A stretch of 64,000 nucleotides of DNA, taken from Eremomyces bilateralis CBS 781.70 (Eukaryota). The DNA lies in assembly GCA_010015585.1 (NCBI GenBank), contig ML975152.1; one strand, 5' to 3'. Position numbers and translations under genes: made by a program. This document shows positions 42,201 through 54,980 of this stretch, one piece after another (positions within the stretch are counted from its first letter, which is position 1; each line of letters starts with the position of its first letter). The notes below the pieces were generated by a model that made no database searches, was not told the DNA's origin, and worked only from the letters and a program-made list of their open reading frames with translations.

Positions 42201-42920
42201 CTCCATAATCAGATCGCCTTTCATATTGACTTGGTTAAGATATTCGACCAATGCGCCTGGGTCATTGATGGATGTAAGTGGTGTATTCTCGCGAAGACAG
42301 GCTTCGAAAGGCTCGATAGCCGAAACTCTTGCATGCGCGATGCGATAGGAGCGGAGGAGTTCTGTAGACAGTTTAGATCACCTTCCAAGCCATCGGATAC
42401 TGCATTGACGTACCAGAATATTTCGATTCATATTTCTCCAGCCTCCGAAGCTTCACCCGGACCTCCGCGGGCAGCTCAATAGGAGCGGGCTTCGCTTCCT
42501 CCTCGCCCTTTTCACTTCCTCCATCTTTGTCTACAACCTCAGCCTTCGGCGCGTCTGACTCTTTTGATTTTGTAGCGTCCTCTCCGCCCGTCTCGCTGGG
42601 TACCAGAGTCTCCGCTAGGCTCATCGTCTCCTCGTCCCCAATGACGAAGCTTGACGGGTCCGGACCGCGAGTCGGTGGCTTATCCGATCCATCGCCGGAC
42701 TTCCCGGGTTGGGTCGAAGGAGATTGATTTCGTGAGTTTGCCCTTCTGCGAGACGAAGGATGTCTGGAGGGTGACGCGGTCGGTGGAGGGGATTGGCGAG
42801 ATTGCTCTTCGGCGATTCGAGCATCAATCGCGTTCTTGAAACGCTGTTAAGGTAGACAGTGGTTAGGGATTGGGAAGATTGCAAGCTTGGGAATGGAATA
42901 TGGAACTGTACTTGAAACAT
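39255..42920 (-). CDS. IMH1: GRIP-domain golgin (Imh1-like); 4 exons
   Basis: MFQ|RFKNAIDARIAEEQ start, long coiled coil, GRIP domain DYVYLKNVFLQFLEQKD...LHFDG|QDEQKW. Confidence 0.88.
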
Positions 42921-43450
42921 GATGTTCTATTGATGCGCACTCAAATGGTATAATGGCTTCGACATCAAGACCATCATTCTGTCATGGCGATGACCATCTG
43001 TCTATGATGACAAGAATCAATATCAATGAAGGGTTCTGGTTCGGTCACGGAATACAAGAAGCAGTTGCTGATGGAGTCTAGTCACTGTACAGAATAACTT
43101 CAGTTGCTCGAGGATCACAGCACAGCCACTCAACCCTTTCTTTTCACTGACGCTTTGTGCCAATTGAAGGAGTGACGTGCAGCTACAAGGATCATTTACT
43201 AATAATACTGTGAGGACTGACGCTCTGCGCTTTGCGACTCCTCCGCATCGGCGCATCCTTCAGGAACAGGAATCAGGCAACACAATTTACACATCATATC
43301 TTCCATCCTTATTATTGCACAAGAAATAAGAACACCTGTTTCTTTCTCACCTCCTTCTCGTTGTGGCTCACTTCTATTTTTCCTCCCTTTGACCTGCATA
43401 TAACGCCTGCTTAGCTCCGTCCTCCTGAACATGCAGCTATAGAAATCACC

Positions 43451-44739
43451 ATGGTCTCATTCTGGCCCTTCAAGGTATCCCTCATTCCTCGCCATGTATG
43501 ACTGATTACTGAATGTCCGTTCTGCAGGCCGGCGAGAAGTCCGCCGCATCCTTCGAAAAAGAGCTGGCCGAACTCGCGAAGAAGATTTCCGCCACCACCG
43601 CTCGACAAGAACGATTGCGACAACAGGCAAGACGCGCGCGAGTGTCCACCGTCCTCTATGGCGGGTTCGCGTACACGCTCGCAGCCCTGATCTTGATATT
43701 GGTGACGGGATGGCGGAATTGGGGTCCGGGGGAATACCAGGTGGTTTGTGGAGGACCGGTGATGTATGTGATCTCTCCGTAGGTTGGTTTTGATCATGCT
43801 AAGCCAGCGAACAGGCTGTTCGGTCTTACATGGACCGTGTCTTACATTTTCAATTACCGGATTTCCACAACGGCCGATCAGCTCGAGAAGCTCAACCATG
43901 AACGAGAGACGACTATCGAGATGCTCAAGAAAGTTACCAACTACAACTCTACGAAGCAATTATTGGATAAATACTCGGGAGAGAAGCCGAAACCTGGCCC
44001 GTCTCAACCAAAGCAGCCTCAGCAGACGCCTCCGAAACACGGCAGAACTAGAATGCCACCTCCAAGAACTGCGAATATCCAGAGACCCCAAGAGGTACCA
44101 GCGTATGTTGGAACGCCGCCCCCGCCCGCTTCTCCAAGCGATCAGCTTCGCAGAGGACCACCTCCCGGCGACCCTCGCATGCCAACCCCGACCTCCCTCG
44201 AACAGCAACAACTACCCATCGGCGAAGAATTCGCTCCGAACGCCTTCAACGTCCAACAATACACCACGACCCCGCGAGTCTTCACCGAGCCGCGCTGGTA
44301 CGACCGGATCCTCGACGCGCTCCTCGGCGAAGACGAAACGCAGGCGAAGAACCGGTTGGCGCTCATCTGTCAAACGTGCAGGCTGGTCAACGGCCAGGCG
44401 CCTCCGGGCGTCCGACGATTGGAAGACGTGGGACGATGGCGATGCCATGGTTGCGGGGCGTCGAACGGGGTGGAGAACGAAGCGACTGCGATCCTGCGAG
44501 ATATGGGGGAGAGTGTGGTGAAGGAGGAGGCAAGAGCAAAGTCGGCAGATGATGAGGTGGGGGTAAGAAGCAGCGCAGAGGATACGCCATCGAGTGACCA
44601 TGGTGAGGAGTATATTGGAGAACATTTGTTGCTTGGAGATGGACCGGCGGAAGACGCGGAACCATCGGGGACGGGCAGGGAGCGACCACCGAATGCTAGG
44701 AAAAGATCGAATAAGAAAAAGGGCTCTGGTAAACAATAG
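43451..44739 (+). CDS. LNP1: ER junction protein lunapark; 3 exons
   Basis: MVSFWPFK, SFEKEL, two TM segments, WYDRILDALLGEDE, zinc ribbon LICQTCRLVNG...WRCHGCGASN. Confidence 0.92.
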
Positions 44740-45000
44740 CGTAGAGAACGGTCATGAGAATTGAGAACGGTCATAATATCAATCTACCTACACGCAAACC
44801 ACCTATCAAGTATGTCACCCTTCAGTAGTGAGCAGTCCAGGGGCATCAGAGCCTAACAGTTTACAGTAGACAGCCTGGTGTGTACTATATTGGTCTCTAT
44901 AGTCCGCTGTAGTTATGGTGGCACACCTTACCAACGCCATGATTACGTAACCCTTGTTTACCCTGAACGGGCAGCACCACCAGCCTCACGCCCAGGTCAC

Positions 45001-46250
45001 TCACACACTCTGCCAGCCCTTCTTCGTGTGCCGTCCACGACCACGACCTCTCCTCCGGCTCCGATCCTCCAAATCCGAATCCGAATCCGAGTCATCCGAA
45101 TCCGAATCATCCGAATCCGAGTTACTATCCCAATCCGTCTGCGACAACTCCTCATACCTATTTTCCCCCTTTACCCCCAACCGCCCCGCCATCCCCCCCG
45201 TCGTCCTCAACAAACCCCTCGCCATCTCTCCCCCCCCTCCCGCCGCCGTCCACACCAGCACCGCGGCCCCAACGTCGATGCTCGCCTTTGTCGAGAGCGC
45301 GACGTCCTCCGCGAGCTCCTGCGCGTGCTGCAGCGCCGCGCGGGGGTTGGCGAGGGTGAACTGCGCGGTGTCGACGACTGCGTCTTTAGTGCCGGCGACG
45401 CGCTCCGCGGTGGCGTGGACGGCGTAGCGCAGGTCTTGGTATTTGCGTTCGTTGGGGCCGGGGAGTTGATAGTGGGGCGCTTTGAGGCGGTATTGTTCAT
45501 CCTATGTGTTGCGTTAGTGATCGTAGGATTGGTAGGTCGGGATGCTTGGCACTTACTTCCGGCGTGTCGAGATCATACACGTCCTCGTAGTCGCTATCGA
45601 TCTTTTCTTTCCGTTGACGCGCGTGCTCGTTTCTGGCCGCCCGTGCCGCTTCGCTGAAGGGCTGGCAGCTGGCCTCGATCAGGCCCTCGAGGGCTCGCTG
45701 GCCTTTCGCAATGGGCCGCTCCTCCGTCACGTTGTCGGGGAGTGTCGCCCTTGGAGGAGGCTGGCTTTGCGAAGGTCCTATTGATTTTGAGTCTGTTAGT
45801 GACTGTCCCAGCACCATTTCCAGTCTTTTACGTCTTCTGGGTCTGCGAAAGCAAGTTGATCATGGGTCTTCAACTTACGGCCAAGATACCCAACGGGCAT
45901 GAATTCAGATTGCTCGCCATTCCACCCCAGTGTATTTCCCTTGTTGTTAGATCGTTCGTCATCAGGGTTGGTCGACCGTTGAAGCGGCCGACTTGATGAG
46001 GGTCCCGGCCGATTTGACGAGGAGGGCCACGGCCGACTTGACGATGGTCCTATTTTCCCGGTCTATCAGTAATAGCCCCAAGCCATTCCAGTCTTCTACA
46101 CCTTCAGAGTCATATAAAGCAAGTTGTTCATCGCGTTTCCAACGTACCAGCTACAGTCCCAACTGGCGGCGCCCATTCAAACTGGTCGGGGGTCCTCTCC
46201 CGCTCCTTTCCTTTTCTGCTGGGCCGTCTGTCTTCGGGCGGACCGTCCAT
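45001..46250 (-). CDS. Orphan hypothetical protein; 4 exons (possibly one more 5' exon near 46342-46365)
   Basis: Continuous open frame MDGPPEDRR...GWQSV* after removing introns 46050-46147, 45778-45878 and 45502-45556; SD-rich C-terminus. Confidence 0.65.
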
Positions 46251-47609
46251 CTTAGTTGATTCCTGTACAGAGGTTGAGTAGCGTTTCTATTGGTGAGGAA
46301 CTGCGATTCAAGGTGGTGGTGAGAGAGATGTGACAGGTCACCCAGTCATCATCTGTGAATCCCATGCAATCCACGAGTCCCTTACTCAAAGAGGTGTGAA
46401 CTGACACATGCAAGTCGCAGCGATATGAGGCAGCGATCTTGTTCGTCTCACAGATTTGGCTACTGAGCTGTTGACCTTCACGGTGGTGGTAAGGGACGCA
46501 GAGCTGTGATGATGCCTCACATTCCCGAACGGTGTTGAACCTACCCGGGAAGCATGCTCAGACTGCCAAAAGAATCTCCATGTTGAAGAAATGGGGGTGC
46601 GCTTTAATCCCCCAAAATTGCCAATTTCCTGTGGGCGGTTGAGATTTGGCTCAACCGTTATATACTACCATAACCAAACTTGCCATTTTGAATCACGAAT
46701 ACTGGTTCGTATAAACAGGTCGTCGCCAACCACGTTTGAGAAGAACATGGTTTTGATTGTCTTTTGTTTCCATCACTTTGTTTGACAGCGCCTATTATTA
46801 TATTGCAATCAAACGAAATGGTTCTACGAGGGGTTAAACAACACGGGCAGTTGCATCGCTATGCTCTTGGATTTCGTGTAACTTGATGGTTTGTAAATAC
46901 CTGGTAGTACTTGGAACGGTATTCCTCCCAGAGATTCCTTGGGAATCGCGTTCCAACCTTCCAATACGCGGTCTGAGCCTTGGGTCGTGTATCCAGCATG
47001 CCCACATCTGGATAGGACATTTCTGTGATCCGAATTTCCTTATGCCCTCGTGGTGAATTTATGCACGTGATTTTTATTAGAACAATCGTAAGCATGCGAT
47101 TGCTCGTACTTTCACCCATGTAAGTAGCGCCACAGGTTGATTTTTAGGTGCTGTGATAACAGAAGTCGAAATTAATGGCAATGAGATGAGCTACTGCGAG
47201 ACGGGTAGGCCGCAATAAGACGGGCGGACTGCATCAAGACAAGCAGGCTGCAACAAGATAAGCTGAGTACAACAAGACAAGCTGATTACAAGACGCGGAA
47301 TCTACACTAGAGGAGAAGTCATAAATATAGGCCTCGTCGACCATCTTAGAATTGCACTATGCTATCTGCCATAGTCCCTAAGTTATACCCCTCGTACCCC
47401 ACTGATTGAATTCCATTAGTTTCATCGAGAAACTCCTGTCACTCCTATAGGTAGTGCGGGCAACGCCATTTAACGCCACTCATGAAGATGCATCTACGAC
47501 AGCAGATACGGATCTGTTCCGTTTCGTAAAAGAAAAAACGCCGTGGTAGGTGGGTGGAAATCGTGCCTTTGTTGAAGGGGTGTATTCATATGATGGAGGG
47601 TAACAGTGC

Positions 47610-48894
47610 TTAATGGGACGCGGCTCCGTCGGTTGCTGGGTGGCTGTTAGTCGCCGTCGGCTGTGGTGACGAGACGAATACCAGGAAATAAGTTAAAAAT
47701 AGACTTACCATCATCCGACTCCTTTGCATCAGAGAACTCACTCGCCTGAGCAGCTGCCGCCGCCGCCTGCAACTGCTCTGCCGCCGCTGAGGACATGGCG
47801 TGCTCCGCAAGCACCTCGGAAGGATGCTTCGGAGCCTGAGTCAGGTCGAGATCCGCTGGGGTCGGAGGGACTTCAATCGAGGTCTCAATGAGCTTGGACT
47901 GAAGGGCGATGATGTAGTTGCGGAGGCGATAGTTCTCAGTCACGACATCGCGGTAGCGGAGATCAAGAGTGCCGAGCGCATCGACGCGGTCTTTGAGAGA
48001 CTTGATGTATTCTTCCTTGCGTTGACGGAAGGCACGCTGGTTGATGAGTCAGAATCACTGATACATATTACATCCTGGCATATGAATATGCCAAAAGGAT
48101 ATAAACCAAAGGAGTGGATGTAAACGTACCTGTGCAGCACGGTTCTGAGCCGCGCGTTTAGTGTTCGACAGCTCACGTCTGCCCTTGCGACTGGAAGGGT
48201 CTAGAGAGGCAGCGTCACTCACGGCAACACCAACATCTGCAGCAGCCATACTGGGATAGGAGGGAGGTCCGGAGATCGCAGGATCAATGGCGTGCTCAGG
48301 TTGAGCTGATGTTGTTCCGGTGACCTGTTGCTGAACTTGCTGCTGGGCGGCTTGTGCTGCAAGAAGGTGTTCACGCAGGCCTGAGTACATCAGTGAGAAG
48401 ACGTTCATGGTTGCAGATGCCATTGCGATAAGTGGAACGTGTTGCGACAGGGAGATGAAATGAGTAGGATGATGGCGGAAATAGACCAGTAGGGCAGTTA
48501 CAGACAGGCGTGAAGTGGATGAATAGTTTCCGTGGAGGAAAATCAAAGCGACAGGAGGTGATGACGACAAAGGATCAGACATTCTTCAAGGATCGTGATA
48601 ACCCAATTTGGCAGTGAGGACGAAACCCTCCAATACCCTCGCGCCGTGCAGGGTTTAACACGGCAACACTCGCCCAATGCAGGCAAGTCGAGATGCTGAA
48701 GTAAAATAGGAATATAAGATGACTTACTCATTTCAATATTATTGTCCTGCTTGGCCGTCATTGTATCAACACTCTGTACACACGTTATCGTCAAAACTGT
48801 ATCACAGAAAAGAGATAGAGATCATCTAGCTTACCCGTTGCATTGCGGTAACCGGTGGTTTCTTGAGAGGGTTCGCGGAAAAGATAGTCTGCAT
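47610..48894 (-). CDS. kapC: bZIP transcription factor KapC-like; about 5 exons, 5' exons inferred
   Basis: Basic region RELSNTKRAAQNRAAQ|RAFRQRKEEYIK, ENYRLRNYIIALQSKL; predicted introns 48774-48834, 48381-48727, 48037-48129 and a final short one keep frame. Confidence 0.8.
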
Positions 48895-50684
48895 GAAGAT
48901 GCGGAAGAGAAGGGCTGCTGCCAATGGATCGATAAGGTGAAGGTCGGTAGAAAGTAAGTGAAGTATGACGTGGATGCGTCGGACCGCTACGCGATTGAAA
49001 GAGCGAGGACTGTGGATAACGACCAGTCGCAATTGCGCTGAGACGGGCGGTCAGTCGCCAGCCTGTCTATACTGTAACGACCAGGCAAGGTTCTGTTGCT
49101 TGAAGGCAATAAGGTACATGCAGTGGTGCACAGCTGGTGCTCAAGGTTCGGGCTGATATGCATGTTAGTCAACCTTGCCCGAATTCCGACATCGTCGATA
49201 CAGATATCGACAATACTAGCCCTGACATTGAACGATGCAGGAACAAGCGCGATCACCAGGAGAGGCTGGGGAGAAGGCGCATGCGGGGAAAGGAACCATT
49301 TTCAAATCCTGTGACGAAGACAGGATCCAAAAACATATTCGACAAATTCTCAACCAGGGACGCACGATGATGAATGAATTGGATGCTACTTACAGGCTTG
49401 GAGGGGACCTGACATGTAGAGGGATCTCATGAGAGGGACTCGGTCGCTGACTGATGTCTGAGTCAGAAATCTGGAAGAGGAGTAAAATGAGGGGACGTGA
49501 GAGGTTTAAAAGAACGGAAGGTGCTTGGCATGCTGATGGACGCCTCAGGCAACGGAGGCGCCACCGAGCCAAAGGAAGCGCAATTTACTGGAGCATACGG
49601 GAAATGGCGATCACGTAATCACGTAATCGGACGCCGTTCGGGTCATTCTATTGCTGGCAGCCGCTAACCTCAGCGTCCAAGTTAGGCAATGACTCGGGGA
49701 TAAGGGCAGGGCTTGAAGAGGCGAGTCAATAGGCTTTTGAGTACCATTGCTCGACTATCCATGACTTTGACAACGTCGGGTAGTCATCAATTACTTTATA
49801 TTATCGGACTTAGTCAAGGGCCGTCCCCCGGCCATGCACAGGAAACGGCACGTGCCGGTACATCTGATGGAAGATGGCAGGGTTTATCAATGGTCGACAT
49901 CTTTGATCGGTAGTCCCATCGTTGTTGATTATTTTTCGTCCAGCAAAGGGCTGACAAATCGAGTCGCCATTCACCCACGCTGCTTTGAAGGGCGGGTTCT
50001 TGTTGCCGGACGTACGGGATCGAACACCGCAACGTAACTCCGACACGCGAGGACAGAGGATCCACAAATGGAAACACGCGGATCTCATCAGTGGGAGAGG
50101 CGTTGGAAAAACATTGGACTTTAGGAAGAGGAGTAGGGCTCTAAGCTAGGGGCCAAGAACAGGACTCTCAAATCTCAATGTAAGTAGTGGATCTCATAAG
50201 TTCGTATGTACGGAGCACGGCGCTTTCATTTAAACCTAAATGCTACCATACGATATTGAGGAGACTTGGTCATGGACCGCTCTCTGGAGATGTTCGGACA
50301 AAACACGGATCTACCAAGTACCAAGTCGAACAATTGAGCCACAATTGTATCATGGCTGCGCTGCATAAACCCCTCGTGTACTGTTCGAGCTAATTTCACG
50401 ATCTTCCATGGCAAGACGGCAACGTTGCAGGGGATGTTCGCATACTTTTTGGACTTCGATTGACATCGAAGACCGAGTCATTGCTGACCGGAGGCTTCGG
50501 AAATATTAGATCATCACCATCACCAGCCCCTCAATTATCAACCCTACTAACTAATAATTCGTAATTACTAATTATTATCAAAGTGCTTGAAGGGGTTAGA
50601 TCGGATTGGGTCCATATCGAACCAACGACATAATCAGCCCGGGTAATCTTTCCGAACTATTGCATCCACCAAGATTTCCTCGAT

Positions 50685-51287
50685 ATGCTGGCCTCTCCCA
50701 CGAGACGGCTCGCGTTCATGCGAACCATTCTGACCCCGACATCTCACGGCCACATCTCATCGACCTCCTCCCTCCGCTCCGCTCCAACCCACCACCTCTA
50801 CGCCTCCCCTTCCTTCCCTCGCACCATGACTACCGCCTCCTCTCCAGCCGACTCCTCCCCAACCGACCCTCTCACCACCTCCATCCACTCCCTCACCACC
50901 CAAACCCCCTGGACCCACCACGCCTCCCCACCCTCCCTCACCCGCACCTTCCTCTTCCCCACCTTCAAGTCCGCCATGTCCTTCATCACCCGCGTCGCCG
51001 ACCTTGCCGCCCGCGAGCGCCACCATCCCGAGTGGGCGAACGTCTATAACCGCGTGATGGTGCGCTGGGTGACGCATCGACCGCGCGATGGGCCCGAGGG
51101 TCCGAGGGTCACGGAGCTGGATGTCCGGGTGGCGAGGGAGTGTGAGGAGATTGCGGGGGATGTGGGGTTGTCGAAGAGGGATGGGGCGAGGGGGGGAGGA
51201 GGGGAGGAGGGAGGGTTGGAGGGGTTGGTGGGGAGGGTGGTGGAGGATGCGGGAGGGGATTGTTGCGTGCCAGAGAAGAAGAGTTGA
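50685..51287 (+). CDS. Pterin-4-alpha-carbinolamine dehydratase, probable mitochondrial presequence
   Basis: LTRTFLFPTFKSAMSFITRVA...HHPEWANVYNRV..W.TH...TELD. Confidence 0.9.
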   Translation: MLASPTRRLAFMRTILTPTSHGHISSTSSLRSAPTHHLYASPSFPRTMTTASSPADSSPTDPLTTSIHSLTTQTPWTHHASPPSLTRTFLFPTFKSAMSFITRVADLAARERHHPEWANVYNRVMVRWVTHRPRDGPEGPRVTELDVRVARECEEIAGDVGLSKRDGARGGGGEEGGLEGLVGRVVEDAGGDCCVPEKKS

Positions 51288-51508
51288 TTTAGGGTGATGT
51301 GGGTGAGGATATGTCGATGAATTCGGTGATGAGCGGTCTACTTCCTTCTATTTACCATGGACGGGAAGGAAAGGGAGGATTGCGTCTCCCGTATGTCGGA
51401 AGGTCGGAAAGGAAATATACCCCGATTCTCATCGTCCCCTTGCTGATGGGTTTCTCGTACAGCCTCGAAATGCCACTCCTAAATCCGATGTATTCTACTC
51501 CGAACTCG

Positions 51509-53062
51509 TCACCAGGTTGCCAGTGCCAACGGCGTGATATTCACCGATATCTTCCTCCCTTCGACCAACTCCGCCAGAACAAGTCCTGTACCCAAACATT
51601 GAGAGATACCTACCACAATCCGTTAGTGCTGGATCCTCGACCAATCTCGGCAACGTACCCCATGCGCCATGACCAGCCGATATGAACACGCCTCCATCCC
51701 CCCCTCCCCTCGTCCACAACCCATCCCCCAACACCCGATCCGGAACCTTACAAAGCAACGGCCGCCCACTCGCCGTCACCGGCCGAAAACACTATCGAAC
51801 ATCAGCACCCACCTCCAACAATCTTCACTCTCACTCACCATAGAAGCTCTCACCACCTCCACCTCCTCCCCACCCAACATCCTCCTCCCCACCCCCCTCA
51901 TCCGCTCCACCGCCACCCTCATCTTCTCCCCCTCCCCTACCCCCACATCGTTCACCTCTTCCGGCAACCTCTCCATCGTACTATTCAGCCCCGCCACGTA
52001 AATCCGTCCCCCCCGTCGACTAAACACCTCCGGCGAGAACCCCAGCGTATCCGTCGCGAACACCGCATGGCACCCCTCGTCGCCCTGCGCGGCCGTCCAG
52101 CGCGGCGAGCGCACGAGGAGCGCGTGGCCCGCGAGCGGGGAGATGGGGATGGCGGCGGGGGAGTGCGGGAAGAGGGTGCGGAAGACGCGGGGGGTCCAGG
52201 CGCCGGCGGTGAGGATGAGGCGGTGGCAGGGGACTAGGGAGGGTTAGGAGGGGCGGGTGGGGAGAGGTGGATGGGGGACTTACGGTCTGTTTCGACGCCG
52301 TCTTTCTCGCGGATACGCACGCTCGAAAGAGTGTCACGGACATCTTTCGCGACGGAGATGGCGTGGGCGGGATTGTGGACGTGGACCCCACGCTCCTTGC
52401 ACTTACTCAGGAGCCATTCGCAGAGTTTCCACGGGTCGCTAATTCACATCCACGGGTCAGCCATCTCATTCCCCAATCGAACACATCAGATCTCAGAGCG
52501 TTTACATCTGCGCCACACTCCCCTTCGTACTAATCACCTCCACACTCACCCCCTCCCCCCTCGCCAACCACGCCGGCTCCCCCCCCTGTAACCCCTCGCT
52601 CCCCGTCGGCTCGGTCGCCGCCCGCGCGCGGCTCGTCCCGTCGCGCAACCAATCTTCCCCACTGCCGCCGATCGCCGACTCGCTGTCGCCGGACATCGAC
52701 ACCGCGGTGCTGCGGCTGTAGTCCCAGTGCGTCTTCCCATCGTGGGCCTCGGCGAGCTCACGGTGGAGGCGGAAGGAGAGGACGCCGAGGGGGGCGACGG
52801 AGGGGGCGAACCCTGTGATTGTTGGACGGGTTCATGAATGATAGGAGAGGGAAGATAGGGGGAGAAGAAAAGGGAGGAGGGGGGACTAAGACATACAATC
52901 TTCGGCGAGAAATCCACCCGCGAGACCGGAGGCGCAGTTGAAGAGTTCGTCGGCGGGGTCGATGAGGTGGATGGATTGGGCGAGGGTGTGGGAGGGTTCG
53001 GAGAGGTAGTAGGCGGTTGAGACGCCGATGATGCCGGCGCCGACGATGACGGTGTTGGACAT
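51509..53062 (-). CDS. FAD-dependent oxidoreductase (DAO family, TDA3-like); multi-exon
   Basis: MSNTVIVGAGIIGVSTAYYL, CASGLAGGFLA, GFSPEVFSR, GRPLL, AGHGAWG|ISQCLGTG. Confidence 0.88.
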
Positions 53063-53828
53063 GGCGATAACAGAATATCGGTTTTGTACACGAGGGGCTC
53101 AACTGAACTCTACTATTCCAGGAAATCGCGGGAAGAGCGACGGTGATATGAAAACAACTCAATCCCCCAAGCTACTTAGCTAACCATCGACCATTAAATT
53201 CCCATATTACGTTAGTCTTCTTAATATCATGATGTCCCCAGTGGCCCAGTCTCGTGTCCGATGCCTCACCTCTCCCCCCTGCTCCGTGCATCGATCGCTC
53301 ATCGCATCACGCCCCCCGGCGCCCAAAACATTCGACAATCGCCGTTTATCGTATGATAGCGTCCGCATCAGGTAAGAGCTATTGTAGAGGGTAGGGCGTG
53401 GGTCCCCGCCTCGCCTTTCCCACCTGTTAGCGATCGATCAATTCCGATTTCGAATGCCCCGTCTTCTTTGGAGGGAATTTTACCGGAGCGAAAGATGGAA
53501 ACGAGTGGTGATAATGATAGTAGATAATGATAACCAAATAATAAATCAAATAATAATAGATACCTGTATATCTAGTTTGTTTCAAAAATGGCGTGAATAT
53601 TTGGGGAAAACGCCGAGACAGTGACACTACCGGCAAGGGAGGGGTTGATTGTGTGGTCCGACCACCGATGATGTCGAAGGATCTGGAACGTGTGGGTGCG
53701 ACTTCTGTCGGGCGGGATTGGTTCACGGTTAAGGAATTGGGGCCTTCGGTGGCATTGCTTGTCGGTTTCATGTAACACTGGCCTGATTCCTACATGAGCA
53801 TTAAATTGACACGAAGCCACTCTCAGAG

Positions 53829-54797
53829 ATGACGTCGAAAGTTATTATCGTCACTGGTGCATCTAGAGGCACGTTTTGGACTTTCCTATCATTGGTCTCT
53901 CCTTACCGATCCACGCATCCATTGGATAATTTGCATTGCACGTCGCATCAGCCTGCTTACACACCCCAGGGATTGGTGCCGCAGTCGCCCACCACCTCGC
54001 CCATCACCACCACCTCGTCCTCATCGCCCGCACCCACGACGCCCTCGCCCGCGTCGCCGCCACCTTCCCCGCCGACCGCGTGCGCATCGTCGCCGGCGAC
54101 CTCAGCGACCCGTCCGTCGCGCAGAAGGCCGTCGACGTGGCGATCGCGGCGTGGAAGCGCGTCGATGGACTAGTGGTCAATCATGGGGTGTTGGATCCGA
54201 TTAAGCGGGTTGGCGAGGCGGAGGTAGGGGAGTGGCGGGCGGCATTTGAGGTGAATTTCTTCTCGGCAGTGGGAATGGTACGTATGGGGCTCAATTGGGA
54301 TGCAATTGGGATGGAGTGGGTGGATGCTGACGATGTGTAGATTCAGGCGGCGTTGCCAGCGCTTCGGGAGTCCGGGGGGAATATCGTCATCACGTCGTCG
54401 GGGGCGGCGGTGGGTGCGTACAGCACCTGGGGCGCGTACGGAGCGAGCAAAGCGGCGCTGAATCACCTGGCCATGACGCTGGCGGTGGAGGAGCCGAGCA
54501 TCACGACGGTGTCCATCCGGCCGGGCGTGGTGGATACGGAGATGCAGCGGGAGATACGTGAGGTGCATCAGACGATCATGGATAAGAAAGACGCGGACAA
54601 GTTTGCGGCATTGAAGATGGAGGGCGGGTTGTTGCCCCCGGAGAAGCCTGGACATGTCATTGCGAAGTTGGCACTGGGGGCACCGAAGACGTTGAGTGGA
54701 GGATTTATGAGGTACGGTTTCCTGAGGTTGTATTTGACTAATCTACTAACATGCAAGCAGTTGGAATGATACTGCGCTTGCGGAATTCCAGGACTGA
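53829..54797 (+). CDS. Short-chain dehydrogenase/reductase (YIR035C/benzil reductase-like); 4 exons
   Basis: IVTGASRG|IG, VVNHG, TSSGAA, YGASK, RPGVVDTEMQ. Confidence 0.92.
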
Positions 54798-54885
54798 TGT
54801 CTACATGGACTCAGAGATCTAAACAAGCCAGATGTCAGCGAGCGGCCACTGACAGATTTGGTTCAAAAGGCTGTTAGGTAGGTAG

Positions 54886-54980
54886 GAGATCAGACGAAAG
54901 ATGAAAAGCTTTTTACATTTGTTTCAGCATGAGGGTAAACCCTTCAGCCTTAGCATGGAATGTTTGGGTTCATCAGGAGA
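54886..54980 (-). ncRNA. snR53: Intronic box C/D snoRNA, snR53-like, dual guide
   Basis: C box (C)UGAUGA 54970-54976; guide AUUCCAUGCUAA (54950-54961) + D' CUGA; AGGG/CCCU stem; C' UGCUGA; guide GCUUUUCAUCUUUCG (54895-54909) + D CUGA 54890-54893; inside intron 54819-55011. Guides complement recalled 18S UUAGCAUGGAAU and 28S CGAAAGAUGAAAAGC. Confidence 0.88.

Noticed and set aside
48558..48699. GTGATGA...CTGA box C/D-like pair in the kapC intron
   Set aside because: On the strand antisense to kapC, with no terminal stem or recognisable guide
52415..52434. U14 domain A-like sequence CATTCGCAGAGTTTCCACGG
   Set aside because: Imperfect, lacks C/D boxes, and is the antisense of coding sequence DPWKLCEWLL in the TDA3-like gene
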